From the human T2T-CHM13v2.0 reference genome, Homo sapiens, in the NCBI RefSeq assembly GCF_009914755.1, contig NC_060933.1: a DNA stretch of 64,000 nucleotides; one strand, 5' to 3'. The notes beneath the pieces are model-generated. The model saw only the letters and a list, made by a program, of their open reading frames with translations, searched no databases and was not told where the DNA came from. Shown in pieces: positions 44,301 to 61,200 of this stretch. The translations under genes and the position numbers were made by a program. Every line of letters starts with the position of its first letter. Position 1 is the first letter of the stretch.

Positions 44301-45797
44301 ACAAAAAGGCATGGGTGCTTCCTCTTTCAAAATGACATTACAGAAACCTGTACCACAATCATGCATTATAGTAACACTTTGTTATAATGTAAATGTTGGG
44401 GGATTGTGTTCTAAAACTGTCTCTTGAGGCTTTACTTGAAATGATGGGAAACTCAGTATACAGCTGTATGCAGAGAAGATGAATAAGTAATCTGTCAAAT
44501 ATTAATACCATGGGTCTTTTTGCAGCTGGGTTTAACTATGATTGATTTATTATGCAGATCACATTTTCACCTGCCATAGAATCCCAATCCATATAAGGTT
44601 GAATATGTACAATTTTGAATTTTATAGTTCAAATGTCCCAGTTTCCAGAATTTGGGGTTGGGTAAAAGTTGTTTTTCATGCATATGTGCCATTTTTGGAT
44701 ACCTGTGGTAGTTGTTTCAACCTATGAATGAATCAAGGGCACTGTGGGAATAAACTACTTCCCCACATATTGTAGCTGGACTTTTTTGTGGGGACCTTTA
44801 TGCAACCTAATAAATGATCTCTCATAACAGATTGTAGTTCCTTGATGCTCCAACTGAGGAGTTTTCTAGAGCTTCCTTCCTTGGGTGAGAATAGTAGGTG
44901 AAGGTCATTGCTATAGACAAACAGAACTCCATCAGGCTGGGTCCTCAAATATTTTGGCATATGTAACAACTCTGTGGAAATAATAGGTATCAGATAGAGT
45001 TCTCTGCTTACAAGCAAGAGAAACTGAAGTAGCAAAGGAAATCATGAGGAAGCTAAGAATTAGTTCACATAATCTAAAGAAAAACCTCAACTACCAAGCC
45101 AAGGGAAGAATATGAAATACAGCAGCTCAGAGGATTCAACCATTCATTGAGTAATATTTATCGAGCCTCTACCCTCTCCCAGACACTGCTACAGGGTGAG
45201 AATCCAGCAGTTCAGGGAATCTGTCACGCCATGCTTTCATCAAGCTTGCTTCTAGACAATCTCAGACTCAGGGACAGCATCTTCTAGAAGACATTCTCTT
45301 CCTCTGGGAAGCCTGAGACTCATGGACATACTGGTGTTATTACTTAGCTCCTACCACTTGACATTCTTCATCACACTGCCCAAGGTTCAGATTTCTCTGA
45401 GAGTATGATGAGCCTACATTGATGAGTCAAAGGCTCACCCCCATGGGGGTGAGGTGCTCTGATGTGCATTCCCAACAGGACTACACAGAATACCAGAAGG
45501 ATTGCTCCCCAAAAACCCAGTGAGCTGCTCTTACCAACAGAAGAAAGGAGTGCTGAGTGGGCAAAAAGTTCACTATAATTTGTATTAATAGTGTGAAGAA
45601 AGAAAAGAGAAGACTCAGATCTGGCTCAGAATTCTGATTAAAGCTATTTATGTTAGTATAACCTTGGGCATGCTTCCACAATTTCTCTAAAAGTCCCTTT
45701 CCTCATCTATATAAAGTGGAATCATAATACCCATACCATAGAATCGTTTTGATGTTTAAATCAAGGATCAAACTAGCTATTTAAGGACCTGTTCTGG

Positions 45798-46080
45798 GGC
45801 CAGGCATGGTGGCTCACACCTGTAATCCCCGCATTTTGGGAGGCCGAGGCAGGTGGATCACTTGAGGTCAGGAGTTCGAGACCAACCTTGCCAACATGGC
45901 AAAACCCTGTCTCTACTAAAAATACAAAAATTAGCCAGGTGTGGTGGTGCATGCCTGTAATCCCAGCTACTCGGGAGGCTGAGGCAGGAGAATCGTTTCA
46001 ATCTGGAGGCAGAGGTTGCAGTGAACCGTAATCAGCCTGAGTGAGAGAGCAAGACTCTGTCTCAAAAAAAAAAAAAAAAA
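45798..46080 (+). mobile_element. AluS inserted in a MIR
   Basis: TSD ACCTGTTCT; right-arm deletion; MIR core CCTCATCTATATAAAGTGG upstream. Confidence 0.92.
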
Positions 46081-46647
46081 ACCTGTTCTAATAACTGCTT
46101 AATAAAAATTAGTTGTATTTTCACACAGTTGTGAAACATAGTATCTACAGATTATTTTCCATGCATTTCTAGCACATGATATTTCAATACATTCTGCTCT
46201 TTTTTTTATCTTAGCATGAAAATACTTGTAGGGTGGACAGTGTGTTAGGATCCTTGTTTATATATATATATATATTTTTTTTTTTTGCATGTGTTGACTA
46301 TAAAGTTTTGCTTAGTAAATGTCACATCAGCCACTTCAAAAGAGGCATCCTATCTCAGCTCCCAGTTATGTCTCATGAAAGACTTTAAGAGTGAAATCTC
46401 CAAGCACTGAACCTCTCCAAGATTCTCTACTGGATTTCACTCTGCCTGTCTTGCCTGTGTCATGCTGGGGGTTTTATTTGTAGAGGGAGGCATTGTAAGG
46501 GAGGTTATATATTTACTATCCAGACAAACCTGGGTTGGAAACCTGTGTCTTTGGGCACAGTGCGTAGCTTCTGAGGGCCTCATGTGCTTCATGTGTGCAA
46601 CTGGGATGTTAATACCTACCCTGATGGGTTGTTAAAACTGTAAATGA

Positions 46648-47000
<353 letters not shown>

Positions 47001-48536
47001 CTATTACTATTATTAGGGGTGCTGATTGTGTCATCATTTGATCGCAGGCACAGTATGCTTGGAAATGTAGAATTTTTTATTCAACAGTACTAGGGGAAGA
47101 AAAAAAAACACAGACTCAGATTTTTAAAACAAGACTTTGCCATTTATAAGAAATTGCTAGAAGGCAGAAGAAAAATGCTCACCAGCCCAGAGTCTAGGAC
47201 CACCCATTTTCTTAATAGGTCAACATTGTGAGATATCTTCTGTACCTGAGCACATCCTCCCACCCGAGGCCCTTCCGGGAATTGCTTTATGATCTACCGG
47301 AAAGAGAGCCCTGTTCTCATAAGTAAACAAACTTCAGTGGGGAAGACTGATAATAAACATTGAAGAAAGGTCAAATATACATTTGGAAACAAGGGGAATC
47401 AGTGTTTGTTCAGAAGAACAAAAGAGAATGTGACTTTAGAAAATCCGTAAAAGGGTCTTAATGGCTGTTCAAGTGAGTAACATTGAGGACATATTTGTTG
47501 AATTTCTAATTCATAGGACATGAAATTTTTTTAGTTGTGGAGGTTGGATTTTTTCATTAAAAAAATAGCCCTTACTTACCCCAACACCCTTACTTTAGAA
47601 ATTGGAAAACCAGGGTGCATAGAAGTGACATTACTTACTTAACATCACACAGATAGGTAGTAGCAGAATCAAGACCAGAATCTAGTTCCTCAACTCTGAA
47701 TCCAGTGACTTTTCCATTGACATGTTCTTAAATGTTATAAAGGATGATGGTAACTTTCTAAAATCATTGACTGATAAAATCTAAAATTGTTTAAAGGAGC
47801 ATGTGTTTTTCCTTAAATTGCTTCTCACTGAAACTCTGTGCCATCCAGAATTATAGCTAGGGTTAATTACATGTTGTCAAGACCAGGCACTACGCCAAGT
47901 CTTTTAGATGCGTATTCATTGTGTACTTGTAACAGGATTGGCCTAAGCTTTGATGATTACCACTAGGGTTTGGTTGTTCCTGGCAATTAGTAGGAAATTG
48001 TCCTACCCAAGCAATATGCATGCAGTCATCTGAGATAATCTTTCCCACAATATGTGGAAAAGTGTTGGTAAGGCAGAGTAGGTTGTGAATACCAAGATGG
48101 ATGGAACTTTTGTTCACCCAACTGTGAACTTTATTCCCTCACTATATATCGTATTCCATACACGATGGTGTGTACCCTTTTTCAGGTTTCCATTTTTAGA
48201 ATTGAAGAAAATGGGCTGTTGCTTTCAAAAATCATGTTCATTTAAATTGTGTTTTTACTCTCTGTTAAGAAATCACATATAAACATATGGATTTGAGCAC
48301 CCCCTGCGATTTTTCTGGGGTCCCACCAGGATCTGTGGCTGCCTAACTGATATCCACCTCTCCAGCATGTTGCCAGCAGCCACAGTGACTCCAATGGAAG
48401 CAGCAACTTCAAAATATTATGCTAAAATTGGCTCCTAATGTTTTCCTCTTGCCTTCATGCAGTAGCATGCCAGAGCCCACATCTTCTTGCTTGCTAGAGT
48501 CAAATTTTGCAAGCCAGTTGTTAAGAACAGCGATTT

Positions 48537-49931
48537 TTATTATTTATGTATTTATTTATTGATTTATTTATTTTATTATACTTTAAGTTCTGGGATACGT
48601 ATGCAGAACGTGCAGGTTTGTTACATAGGTATACATGTGCCATGGTGGTTTGCTGCACCCCTCAACCCGTCATCTCCATTAGGTAATTCTCCTAATGATA
48701 GAGTGCCCCCCACTCCCCGACAGGCCCCAGTGTATGATGTTCCCTTCCCTGTGCCCATATGTTCTCATTATTCAATTCCCACTTACGAGTGAGAACATGC
48801 AGTGTTTGGTTTTCTGTTCTTGTGTTAGTTTGCTGAGAATGATGGCTTCCAGCTTCATCAATGTCCCTGCAAAGGACATAAACTCACTCTTTTTTGTGGC
48901 TACATAGTATTCCATGGTGTATATGTACCACATTTTCTTTATCTAGTCTATCATTGATGGGCATTTCGGTTGGTTCCAATTATTTGCTATTGTGAATAGT
49001 GCTGCAATAAACATACTTGTGCGTGTGTCTTTATAGTAGAATCGTTTATAATCCTTATGGTATATACCCAGTAATGGGATTTCTGGGTCAAATGGTATTT
49101 CTAGTTCTAGATCCTTGAGGAACTGCCACACTCTCTTCCACAATGGTTGAACTAGTTTACAGTCCCACCAGCAGTGTAAAAGCATTCCTATTTCTCCACA
49201 TCCTCTCCAGCATCTGTTGTTTCCTGACATTTTAATGATCGCCATTCTAACTGGCGTGAGATGGTATCTCATTGTGGTTTTGATTTGCATTTCTCTAATG
49301 ACGTGATGATGAGCTTTTTTTCATGTTTGTTGGCTGCATAAATGTCTTCTTTTGAAAAGTGTCTGTTCATATCCTTTGCCCACTTTTTGATGGGGTTGTT
49401 TTTTCTTGTAAATTTGTTTAAGTTCCTTGTAGATTCTGGATATTAGCCCTTTGTTAGATGGATAGATTGCAAAAATTTTCTTCCATTCTGTAGGTTGCCT
49501 GTTCACTCTGATGATAGTTTCTTTTGCTATGCAGGAGCTCTTTAGTTTAATTAGATCTCATTTGTCAGTTTTGGCTTTTGTTGCCATTGCTTTTGGTGTT
49601 TTAGTCATTAAGTCTTTGCCCATGTCTATGTCCTGAATGGTAATGCCTAGGTTTTCTTCTAGGGTTTTTATTGTTTTAGGTCTTATGTTTAAATCTTTAG
49701 TCCATCTTGAGTTAATTTTTGTATAAGGTGTAAGGAAGGGGTCCAGTTTCAGTTTTCTGCATATGGCTAGCCAGTTTTCCCAACACCATTTATTAAATAG
49801 GGAATCCTTTCTTCATTGCTTGTTTTTGTCAGGTTTGTCAAAGATCAGATGGTTGTAGATGTGTGGTGTTGTTTCTGAGGCCTCTGTTCTGTTCCATTGG
49901 TGTATATATCTGTTTTTGTACCAGTACCATG
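48537..49931 (-). mobile_element. 5'-truncated L1PA (PA7/PA8-like), ~1.4 kb
   Basis: (TTTA)n tail, L1PA 3'UTR, ORF2 C-terminus [19 protein letters not shown]; TSD AAGAACAGC(G/C)ATTT at 48523-48536 and 49932-49945. Confidence 0.95.
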
Positions 49932-49953
49932 AAGAACAGCCATTTGATTGTTA

Positions 49954-50232
<279 letters not shown>

Positions 50233-50759
50233 TTATGTACATACATATGTGCACATGGGTTTTTTTCCTAAATGCTGGTTGTTAAGCCTTTACTTGTACA
50301 CAACTCCTTCTGAGCCAGTCAAGTCTATAACATGTGTTTCTTTATATAATTATCTTCAACAATAATACTAATAACTAAAATGTATTGAACACAAGGGACA
50401 GATTTTATAACAGTCAGCCTCACTGAATTCTCCCAAATGCTCCAGGGACCAGGAGACAATGAGGAGGGTAAATTCAGGCACCTCCAGCATGAGCAAGGAC
50501 ATCTAATAGGTGCCTTCCGAAGGCAAGCAGATGGTAGACACTTGCACATGTTATTATTTACATCAACCCTGTTGTAAATAACGAGAGTGATTTTTATCAC
50601 TGTGATAGGGATAAAGAACAAGCTCAGAAAGATAAAGTGACTGCCCAAGCAAGCCCCAGCTAAGTAATGCTGGTTAGAAGGGGAGACCACAAGGCAAGAA
50701 CTAAAGCCTTCCAGTGCCTGCTCCCGCAACAGCTCAGACGTAATACAACAACCTCATCT

Positions 50760-50851
50760 GTTGCAGTGAACTCCAGCCTGGGCGACAGAGCGAGACTCCA
50801 TCTCAAAATAATAAAATAAAATAAAACAAACACATTAACAAGAAAAAAAAA
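50760..50851 (+). mobile_element. Short Alu 3' fragment with A-rich tail
   Basis: GTTGCAGTGA-ACTCCAGCCTGGGCGACAGAGCGAGACTCCATCTC plus tail. Confidence 0.85.
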
Positions 50852-51366
50852 TCTAAGGAGAGGCTGTAGATATGTAGATACATCAATGATAAATATTTTG
50901 AGAGCATTTTTAGTAATAGCCATTAAGAAATTTTATGTAAATACGATTTAGATATACCTATGAAAGATAGACATTATCCAAAATAACTAAAGCTTAAATG
51001 GGACTCTGAAAATGGATAATTTAGACTTTTTAAGAGGAGGTCAAAAACATAGGAAAAGGGTATATAGTTTCAGTGACAGCTTGTAAACATTAATATTTGT
51101 ATTTACAAATGGCTAAGCACATTAATACATAACAAGAAGTCAGGTCTATAAACAGTGTAAAATTATGGGGAGCGTATTTGTGGTTCTTAACCAAGGGCCT
51201 AATCATTTATTAGTTTACATATATGTGCTTTCTGGAAGGTAGGATTTATTCAGTGTGATGTGGTAAATGGTTACATATCTGACCTAAGGGTGGAATTCAG
51301 AGCTCCTGAACACCAGCCAGGCCCCAGCCTCCTAAGCCAGAATGCTAACCCCTACAGACAGTCTAA

Positions 51367-51950
<584 letters not shown>

Positions 51951-52595
51951 TAAGCAATTGGAGTGTTACTAATGTCAGATTCTAACACGCCTAGCCTTGA
52001 TCCTTAACTTATAGGAAGGGTTTGGGTATATAAAAGAACCACTGCCAGAGATTACTAAAGCTGTACCATGATTTAGAAACCAGAACAAGTATGTCTATCC
52101 CTAAACTGCTTACGTTCCTAGTGACTCAGGACAGGTGTCGACCTGTATAGCAGAGACCAGTAGCTTCTGTGACATTTTCTGATTAGTCAGATCAGAACTT
52201 GTAATTCGTTTGGTGTCAGCCTAGCCACGAATGAGAGAACTTTCCTGTCATTCTGCACCTCTTTGAAGCTAGCAAGGACAGAAAGTCAATTCTGCTTATG
52301 ATTTTCCAATAGCTCTGAACAGTTATAATTACAGTGTACATCTGTGAGAGCGAAGCTGCTTTTCTAATCTGTTTTCATATTATTTTTTCAGCAGCTTCTG
52401 CAGACCTAATAGTAATTTGGGTTTTGACTGAAGGATACCACTTACATGCTGAGGGTGCTCATTTCAACCCTGTGTGTTTTTAGCACATTGACATGGTGAC
52501 AACCTGAGTAGAGTCTGAAAGCTAAGGCACAAACACTATCTAGCAATTCCTGGTCACTAATAAAGGTTTAAAAAATGTTTGTTGGATTTTACTGA

Positions 52596-53000
<405 letters not shown>

Positions 53001-53150
53001 TAAAATATAAACTTCCTAAAAGTTAAGGTGTTTATTTATGAATGCATGTCAGTGAGAAGTTCTTTTTTCCCAAGGTGGTGTTATGGAGGGAAAGTCAGTG
53101 AGTCAGCCTATTTGCCGAGGCCAGCTTGTCCTTCAGGCATTTATACCACC

Positions 53151-53599
53151 AGTATTAGTTTGCTAAGCTGCCCTTACAAAGTACCATGAACTGGATGGCT
53201 TAAACAACAGAAATTTGTCTCACCGTTCTGGAGGCCAGGAGTTTGAAATCCAGGTATCAGCAGGGTTTTCCCTCTGAGGTTGTGAAGAAGAATCTGTTCC
53301 ATACCTCTCTGCTAGCTTCTGGTGGTGTGCTGGCCGTCTTTGACATTCCTTGGCTTGTAAATCTCTGCCTTTATCTTCCATGGAGCTTTCCTTGTGTATT
53401 TGTGTCTCTATGTCCAAACTTCCCCTTTTTATAAGAACACCAGTCATACCGAAGTAGGACACACCCTATTCCACTATGACCTCATCTTAACTAATTATGT
53501 CTGCAACAAACTCATTCCCAAATAGGGTCACATTCTGAGGTACTGGGGGCTAGGACTTAAACATATGAATTTTAGGGAGATGCAATTCAACCCATAACA
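53151..53599 (-). mobile_element. MaLR solo LTR (MLT1A/B/C-like)
   Basis: GTATTAGTTTGCTAAG...GGCTTAAACAACAGAAATTT...CAATTCAACCCATAACA. Confidence 0.85.
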
Positions 53600-54135
53600 A
53601 CATGGCTCTGAATAAAGCTTTGTTTTTCTGAGTAATTTTTGTTTGTTTGAATCTGACAGCAGCAAGTATAGAGATTGCAGAGTATCTGGCAGCAAACCAC
53701 TATCCATGGGAATTATGCCATTGAGGTGTAGTACAGAGAAATAATAGTGCTTAGGCCAGGAATTGTTTCCTGTTCACTGTGTCTTAAACCTTTATTGGTT
53801 CCATTAGCTTACACAGCAAAAGGCATTTCCAATTCAGCATATTTTATTTCCAGTATGCCACTCTGATCTCAAACTTTAGTTAGAGAAGACCAACTAAGGC
53901 TAAGAATCAAAACTTTTGGAAGCTAGCAAGACCTGATCAAATCCAAACTCCTGATTTTTACAGAGAAGGGAACTGTGGAGTACAGGAAAATTCAATGTCT
54001 TACCCAAATACAGTACTCACAGCTACTTAGTGCCACGTTGCTACCACAACCCCACTACCCTGCCTCTTGCTGTAGCTCCTTCTTTCACATATTGTACTGC
54101 TCCTCTGAGCCACAGGGGCCATCGGTGCCCTATGA

Positions 54136-54478
54136 CAGTGGTCCCCAACCCTTTTGGCACCAGGGACCAGTTTTGTGGAAGACAATTTTTCCATGGATTG
54201 GACGGCAGAGTAGGGATGGTTTCAGAATGAAACTGTTCTGCCTCAGATCATCAGGCATTAGATTCTCATGAGAAACACAAAACCTAGATCCCTCTCATGA
54301 GCAGTTCACAATGGAGTTCATGCTCCTTTGAGAATCTAATGCCACCACTGATTACTGCCTAAGGCAGAGCTTAGGCAGTAATGCTCACTCACCCACCACT
54401 CACCTCCTGCTGTGCGGCCTGGTTCCTAGCGGGCCACAGACCAGTAACAGTCTATGGCCTGGGGGTTGGGGACCCCTG
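54136..54478. mobile_element. MER1B (hAT-Charlie MITE), intact
   Basis: TIRs CAGTGGTCCCCAACC / GGTTGGGGACCCCTG, perfect 8-bp TSD CCCTATGA, 343 bp. Confidence 0.9.
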
Positions 54479-54799
54479 CCCTATGATTCAAAAGGTCCCA
54501 ATTCCTGTTGCCTTCATGGTGCTTTTCTCTAGCTAGAGAACACAGTCAACCCTGTTTTCAATGTGTGCTGTCTACCTGGGAATGTTTCATGGATGGCCCA
54601 TACTGCCATTTTTTAAATCTACCTAAGCCTCACCTCTGGGATCTACCTAAATATATTCTCTCTTAATTCCATGGATATGAGCTCTAGGAAGGGAACTAAT
54701 TATAATGTTAGACTCTGCCACATATGAACAGTAAAACACATTGTCCTAGAGAGCAGAAGCCATCCAGTATTGTGAAGCTTAATAGAAATTACTTTGATG

Positions 54800-55099
<300 letters not shown>

Positions 55100-55196
55100 T
55101 TACTTTGATGGTGAAGGTTTTTATTTTGGTTTGCTGTTGTTGTTGTCTTGGATGTTATTTTGGTGGCGTATTTTTTTGCATTTATATATTTCATAA

Positions 55197-55519
<323 letters not shown>

Positions 55520-55577
55520 TTAACATTTATTATTAATATATATCTCCTCAACTTTTGGGGGTTTTTAGGGTTTTTCC

Positions 55578-56102
55578 CCAGCTTTATTGAGGTATACTTA
55601 ACAAATAAAAATTATATATATTTAAGGTGATACATTGTAAAATGATTACCACATCAAGCCAATTAACATATCTATCACCTCACGTGGTTATATCTTTTGT
55701 GTGGTGAGAACCCTTAAGATCAACTCTTCTAGCAAATCTCAAGTACACAATACGTGATTATTAACTATGGTCACCACACTGTGCCTCAGATCTCCAGAAC
55801 TTCCTCATCTGGCATACATTTTGGCCAACACCTCCTCACTTCCTCTTCTTTCCACCAGTAACTATCATTCTAGTCTCTGCTTTTATGAGTTCAGCTTTCT
55901 TAGATTTTACAAATGAGTTCATGCAGTGTTTGGCTTTTTGCGTCTGGCGTATTTCATTTAGCATAATGTCCTCCAGGTTCATCCATGTTATTGCAAATGG
56001 CAGAATTTCCTTCTTTTTTAAGGATGAATACTCTTCCTTTGTATATGTATACCACATTTGCTTTAACCATTCATCAGATAAGGCACACTTAGGTTGTTGC
56101 CC
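55578..56102 (-). mobile_element. L1MA 3' end
   Basis: CAGCTTTATTGAGGTATA; minus-strand ORF EILPFAITWMNLEDIMLNEI. Confidence 0.85.
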
Positions 56103-59100
56103 CAACTTTTTGGGAAGCTCCCTAAGTTGGTGTTCTGACCATGTCTGCTTACTTTTTGGTTTAAGCCCAGCACTTGGAATGAAGTAGGCACTCAGTATAC
56201 ATTTGAATGGATGATTGGTAGTTTTGTAGGGAGAAAAGCAGATACTGTTTATTATGCTGACAGTTCATTATTAAAGTAAAATTTATATATAGTAAAAATG
56301 CAGAAATCTTTGTAGTTCCATAAATTTTGAAAAATATGTACCCAAGTTACCATCACCCAGATCAAGATAAAGAACATTCCCCCATCCCACCAGCAAGTTC
56401 CCTTCTGCCCCTTCTTAGACGTGACCCGAAGGGCTTTTCTCCTTCGTTTTTTCCTGGAAGCTTTCTACGTTTAACTTTCACATTTTGTCGGTGATCCATC
56501 TCAAATTAATTTCTGTATATGATATGAGTAGGGGTGTCGAAGGTTTCTGTTGTTGTGCTTTAACAACTATTCCTTGTTCCTTTGATGAAATCAAATAATC
56601 AAGACTTGTATATAGAAATAGATTTGTCATTGGGAAATGGATCTCTGTATCTCTTTTTCTCTTTTATAATTGAACCATGGTTGCTGGGGATAACTTAGAA
56701 ACACAGGAAAGGGCTAATTTTCTGCAGTGATTGGATGGCTCAAGGCAATATGTGTAGGACAGGTTACTCCAGTCAGACCTACGTTCAAATCCAAATGCCA
56801 CCAGAGGTGAGACAAGATAGTCTTAATACTCAAATGTACAAAATAAATAGCCAGAGACCTCACCTAACAGGGTTCTTTTTAATGAGTAAATGAAATAACA
56901 TGTGTAATACAGTCATCACAGTATAAACATCACAGTCAACGATGCCTGCTAGCTTTACACCTGTGCTTGTGTGTGTACATGTTGGGGTATGATATTGGAA
57001 AGAAAAACAAATCTCATAGCGATATACGGTGAAAAAGGTCCCTGAACTTGGATGAGGGTTCCTCTTTAAAAAGGTTTCTCCCTCCAGCCACCCCCACACA
57101 CAGAGTCACTCCCCTCAAAGGGAGAGGAGGCCCTCTTCTCACCTCTGAGGCTGCTCATGGCAGGAGCTCAGTCACTGCCAGTTCTCTGAGCCATTGTGGC
57201 TTCTGTCCTCACAATGAATAAACCTGGAAACACACTGTTTGAGTCTCTTCCTGCCTATGGGTTCTAAGTGCTGCTGTCTGAGCTGTGCCTGCAGCAGGCT
57301 TCCTGCTTCTGGTGCTCACTGCGGGGAGGGGAGCCATCGGTTGATACCAGGAGAGAGCCTGCTGCTCTGCTGCCTTCATTAGAAACAGGCAGTCTCCTTG
57401 TCTAAAAATAGCAAAAGTGGGAGAGTGGGGAAGAGCAGCAGCCATGCTCAGGGCTGAAAGTGAGAAAGGCAGAAACAAGCAGATCTCTGAAAGCCTCCTG
57501 TATGGTGGCAGGCGGCTAAGCATTCTGGGTGCAGTGACTGTGGTCAAAGCTTTTCTACTTCCCTGGGTCCGTGTTGGGGGGTTTTGTAGATGTGTCCACA
57601 CACTCAGCCAAGGGCTGAGCATGAAGGAGCCGCTCTGTCCTGGCAGGAGCATGAGATGTGCCACACGCTGATACTGTCCAGGCTGCAGCAGGAGCGCTAG
57701 TGCTAGTGCTTGAGAATTTCCACACCCTGTAGTATCCTCACCCACTCCCTGCCCCAACCAAAGGTGAGCTTTTTCCCAGTGGGGCACAAGGTGTTGGTTT
57801 GACCATCACTTCAGAAGCGCCTGGGTCACGCTGGAATGGGCTTGCCCTTAAGCAGAGTGTGGCTCTGGTACTAAACAAGTCTTTGCAGCCATTAAGTGAG
57901 ACCAGGCTGTATTTGTGGGTGTTCTCTGCAGGTAGAGCTTTCCTGTCTACATTTGTTATCAGTTAATGTTCTGGTAGCTAAACTAAGAGCAGAAAAGGAA
58001 TTCTTTCCAAGGTCTTACGATAAATCTGTCTATGCAAGCAGACCTCATCAAAGCCCCATGAAAACAGGCAGAGTCTCAGAGGTAAGAGTCCTGTTGATAC
58101 TCCTGTTTGCTTATCCCAAAGAGCTTTACCCTCTCTTGGCCTTTCTTTCTCTTGTACTATCCAAACTGATCCTCTTGCTGGCCTTGTGAGATGGGCTGGG
58201 CATCTTTCCCACCCACAGATGAGGAACCAGGAGCTCAGTGTCATAACTTGCCCAGCATTGTAACCAGTAATCAGAGACGCAGAGCTTGTATCAAGGCCTC
58301 TGCCCTTCGCCTGGATATTCTCTGAGGTTTCTTCCCCACATGACAGTTTCTGAAGGGCAAAAACCTCCTAACATGAAGCAGCCTAAAATGTGGCATGAAT
58401 TTAAGCAAACTTAGGGGGCAAAAAAAAGACTCCATTTAACTTTGATTTGGGAAACATTTTTCTTTGCATGACCCAGCAATTATGACTCTGAACCCAGAGA
58501 GGGAAATATAACCCTAACTCACTGTTGGCCAGGCAGTATACAATATTTATATAGTCACAATACTATAAACTCTATGTGTCAATTTTCTAATTTTAGAGCC
58601 AATCTGTGGACAAAGAGGGAGCAATTTTGTTATAGCTGCAAGATAGGATATAAATATGAACAGCCCTGACAAAGTAGAGATAAAAGTTGTTCGGTGTTTT
58701 TTAAGTGTGTCTAATATAAAGTGAGAGGGGAAAGCAGGGACAAAGATGAAATAATGTGGGGAGTTAAAGGATACGGTGTGTGGTTGATGGAATAAAAAAG
58801 CTCACTAGGTATGTTATTTACAGTTACAAAATAAAATATAAATAGCAAATGTTGGAAGAAGACACAGGGTAGAAGAGGGTAAATGTCCCTCATAGTGAAT
58901 CAATGGATGCTACCTTAGGTTAAGAATCTTTTAACCCCTGATTCATCAAAAGACATGAAGGGAATCGCCAGAAAATATTAAAAGAGAAATCCCAAAAAGG
59001 GCTGCTGCCCCTAGGGAATGGCGGAGGGTGGGGGTGGGGAGGGCAGGAGGTTGTTGCTTTTCATCAGAAGTCATCTGTGTTGTGTGCTTTATTATGATGT

Positions 59101-59573
59101 TTATTACTTCGATTAAAACAAATTGAGGCAGTGAGAGAATGACTTTTAAAAGACAAAAACTGTGGATAGTACCATATGTTCCCTCAACAAATGCTCTCAT
59201 GAGAATTAGCTATAAAACACTCATTAGGTCTGCAAACAGAAATCAGAGTGTTCCAGGCTATAAAATTATCAATGACTGTTTTCAGCAGTCCAGCCAGGCT
59301 AATGCTCTCCAATGAAGCCAAACTAATGTTGCTGATAACCAAAAGAATCTTTTTTTTTTTTTCTGTAAATGACAGAGGCCTGTGTGGCATCAGGGTGCCA
59401 TTAACGTTTTCTCCTAGAGAGACAGCCAGGAAGAAAAATCGCTCCTCCTGTACTGCTCTCACCTGTGAGAAGTTTATGACTTGTTCGGAGAGCAGAGCAC
59501 AGAGCCCGGGAAGAGTACTGGCAGTTTCTGTGTTTTTACAAGGGAAGAACATAGCTGAGTAGATTAACAGTTT

Positions 59574-59686
59574 CCTGTGTGGCTTGTTGCAAATTACATG
59601 CAATTAGCCCTCAGACAGCCTGAATCGAGAGAATTGTGGCAAAACTTGATGGTGCAGAACCTAGGCAGGCAGCCAGACTCCTAAAC
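59574..59686 (+). repeat. Source copy of a 113-bp local direct duplication (second copy 61249-61361)
   Basis: Ungapped alignment with 10 mismatches in 113 bp. Confidence 0.95.
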
Positions 59687-60013
59687 CCAGTCACGTAAAT
59701 TTGCTGCTGTAACTGGATCTTCCCAAGCCACAAGTCTGAGAAATGGTGGGCACTCTGACCTGACCACTAGATTTTCAGGATATTCCTCCTAAGAGAGGTA
59801 TCCTTGCTTCTAAGTGACCCCTAAAACAGAACCTAGGAAACTCTCAGCCAGATAAATTAGAAATTGATTCTAAATAGGCTTGTGCCCAGGAAATCAACAA
59901 TGCAGTAAAAATATCAGGACAAAAGCAAGAATACTTCCCAAAGTCAGAAATGAGGAGCAATGAATATTAAATTGATCAATGGCATAGACATTTAAATGAA
60001 AATCCTTTTTTTA

Positions 60014-60323
<310 letters not shown>

Positions 60324-61200
60324 TTATATTACCTTTACTGCTTGGGGCATCTTCAAGAGAAGACTTTGCTGTAGACTATGGATGCATTTATTTGAATTAG
60401 ATGACTTATTCTTGCGTTATCTCCTTACTCTTTTGATAATTACATTTCATTATTTTTTAAGCCACAATGGACATGCACATACATACTCCTGCATACAGTT
60501 TATAGGTTCTTGAGCCTAGGTAAGACTTTATGTCCTATGTGAAACATTTCTTGATTAGGAAAGTTACACCTTTCTCTTCAGTAGTGCATATAACCTTTAC
60601 TAATCTCTCTTTGCTAAAAATAATGTGACAGTGTTAAACTGAAATATTTTTAGTATCTGTTTTGGCTGAGGCCCAAAACAAAAGTAAATGTGAGACTATA
60701 GCACTTGCAAAGGTCAAAACTGGTTTTTGAATGGCAGAAAATCAGCTCTACAGCCCTCAGCTGACTACCCACCTCCAGCCTTTAAAAGAGGTTATTGAGG
60801 CCAAGAAAAGAGTGGCAGTTAGAATGTGATCTTTAGAGAGAACTGTTGATCAGAGGTGTCTGTCCCCACCCAGGGACACTTGGGAGGGCTTGATAAGTGT
60901 CCTGTGGAGGATGTGGCTCATGCCTGAGATCCTATGATGGCAGAGCAAGGAGAGTTTGCTGTTTGGAGTTGGCTTCTGCTACTCACTTCCTATCTTTTTT
61001 CTGTGTGTGTGTTTTTTTTTTCTCCTTAGCACTTTTGACCAACATAATACATATTTTAAATACTTATCTCATTGTCTGTCTTCTTTAATACTATGTAAGT
61101 TCCATCAGGCACAGACTTTTAAAATTTGATCTCTGTATTCTAGGTGCTAGAATCCATTCTAGGTGCAGTGTGCATACATGGATACTCAATAACTATTTGC

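Noticed and set aside
56796-56812. CTCF-like GCCACCAGAGGTGA
   Set aside because: 3' half departs from consensus; not supportable from sequence alone
57209-57787. 192-aa minus-strand ORF
   Set aside because: GTG start, no recognisable homology; expected by chance in GC-richer DNA
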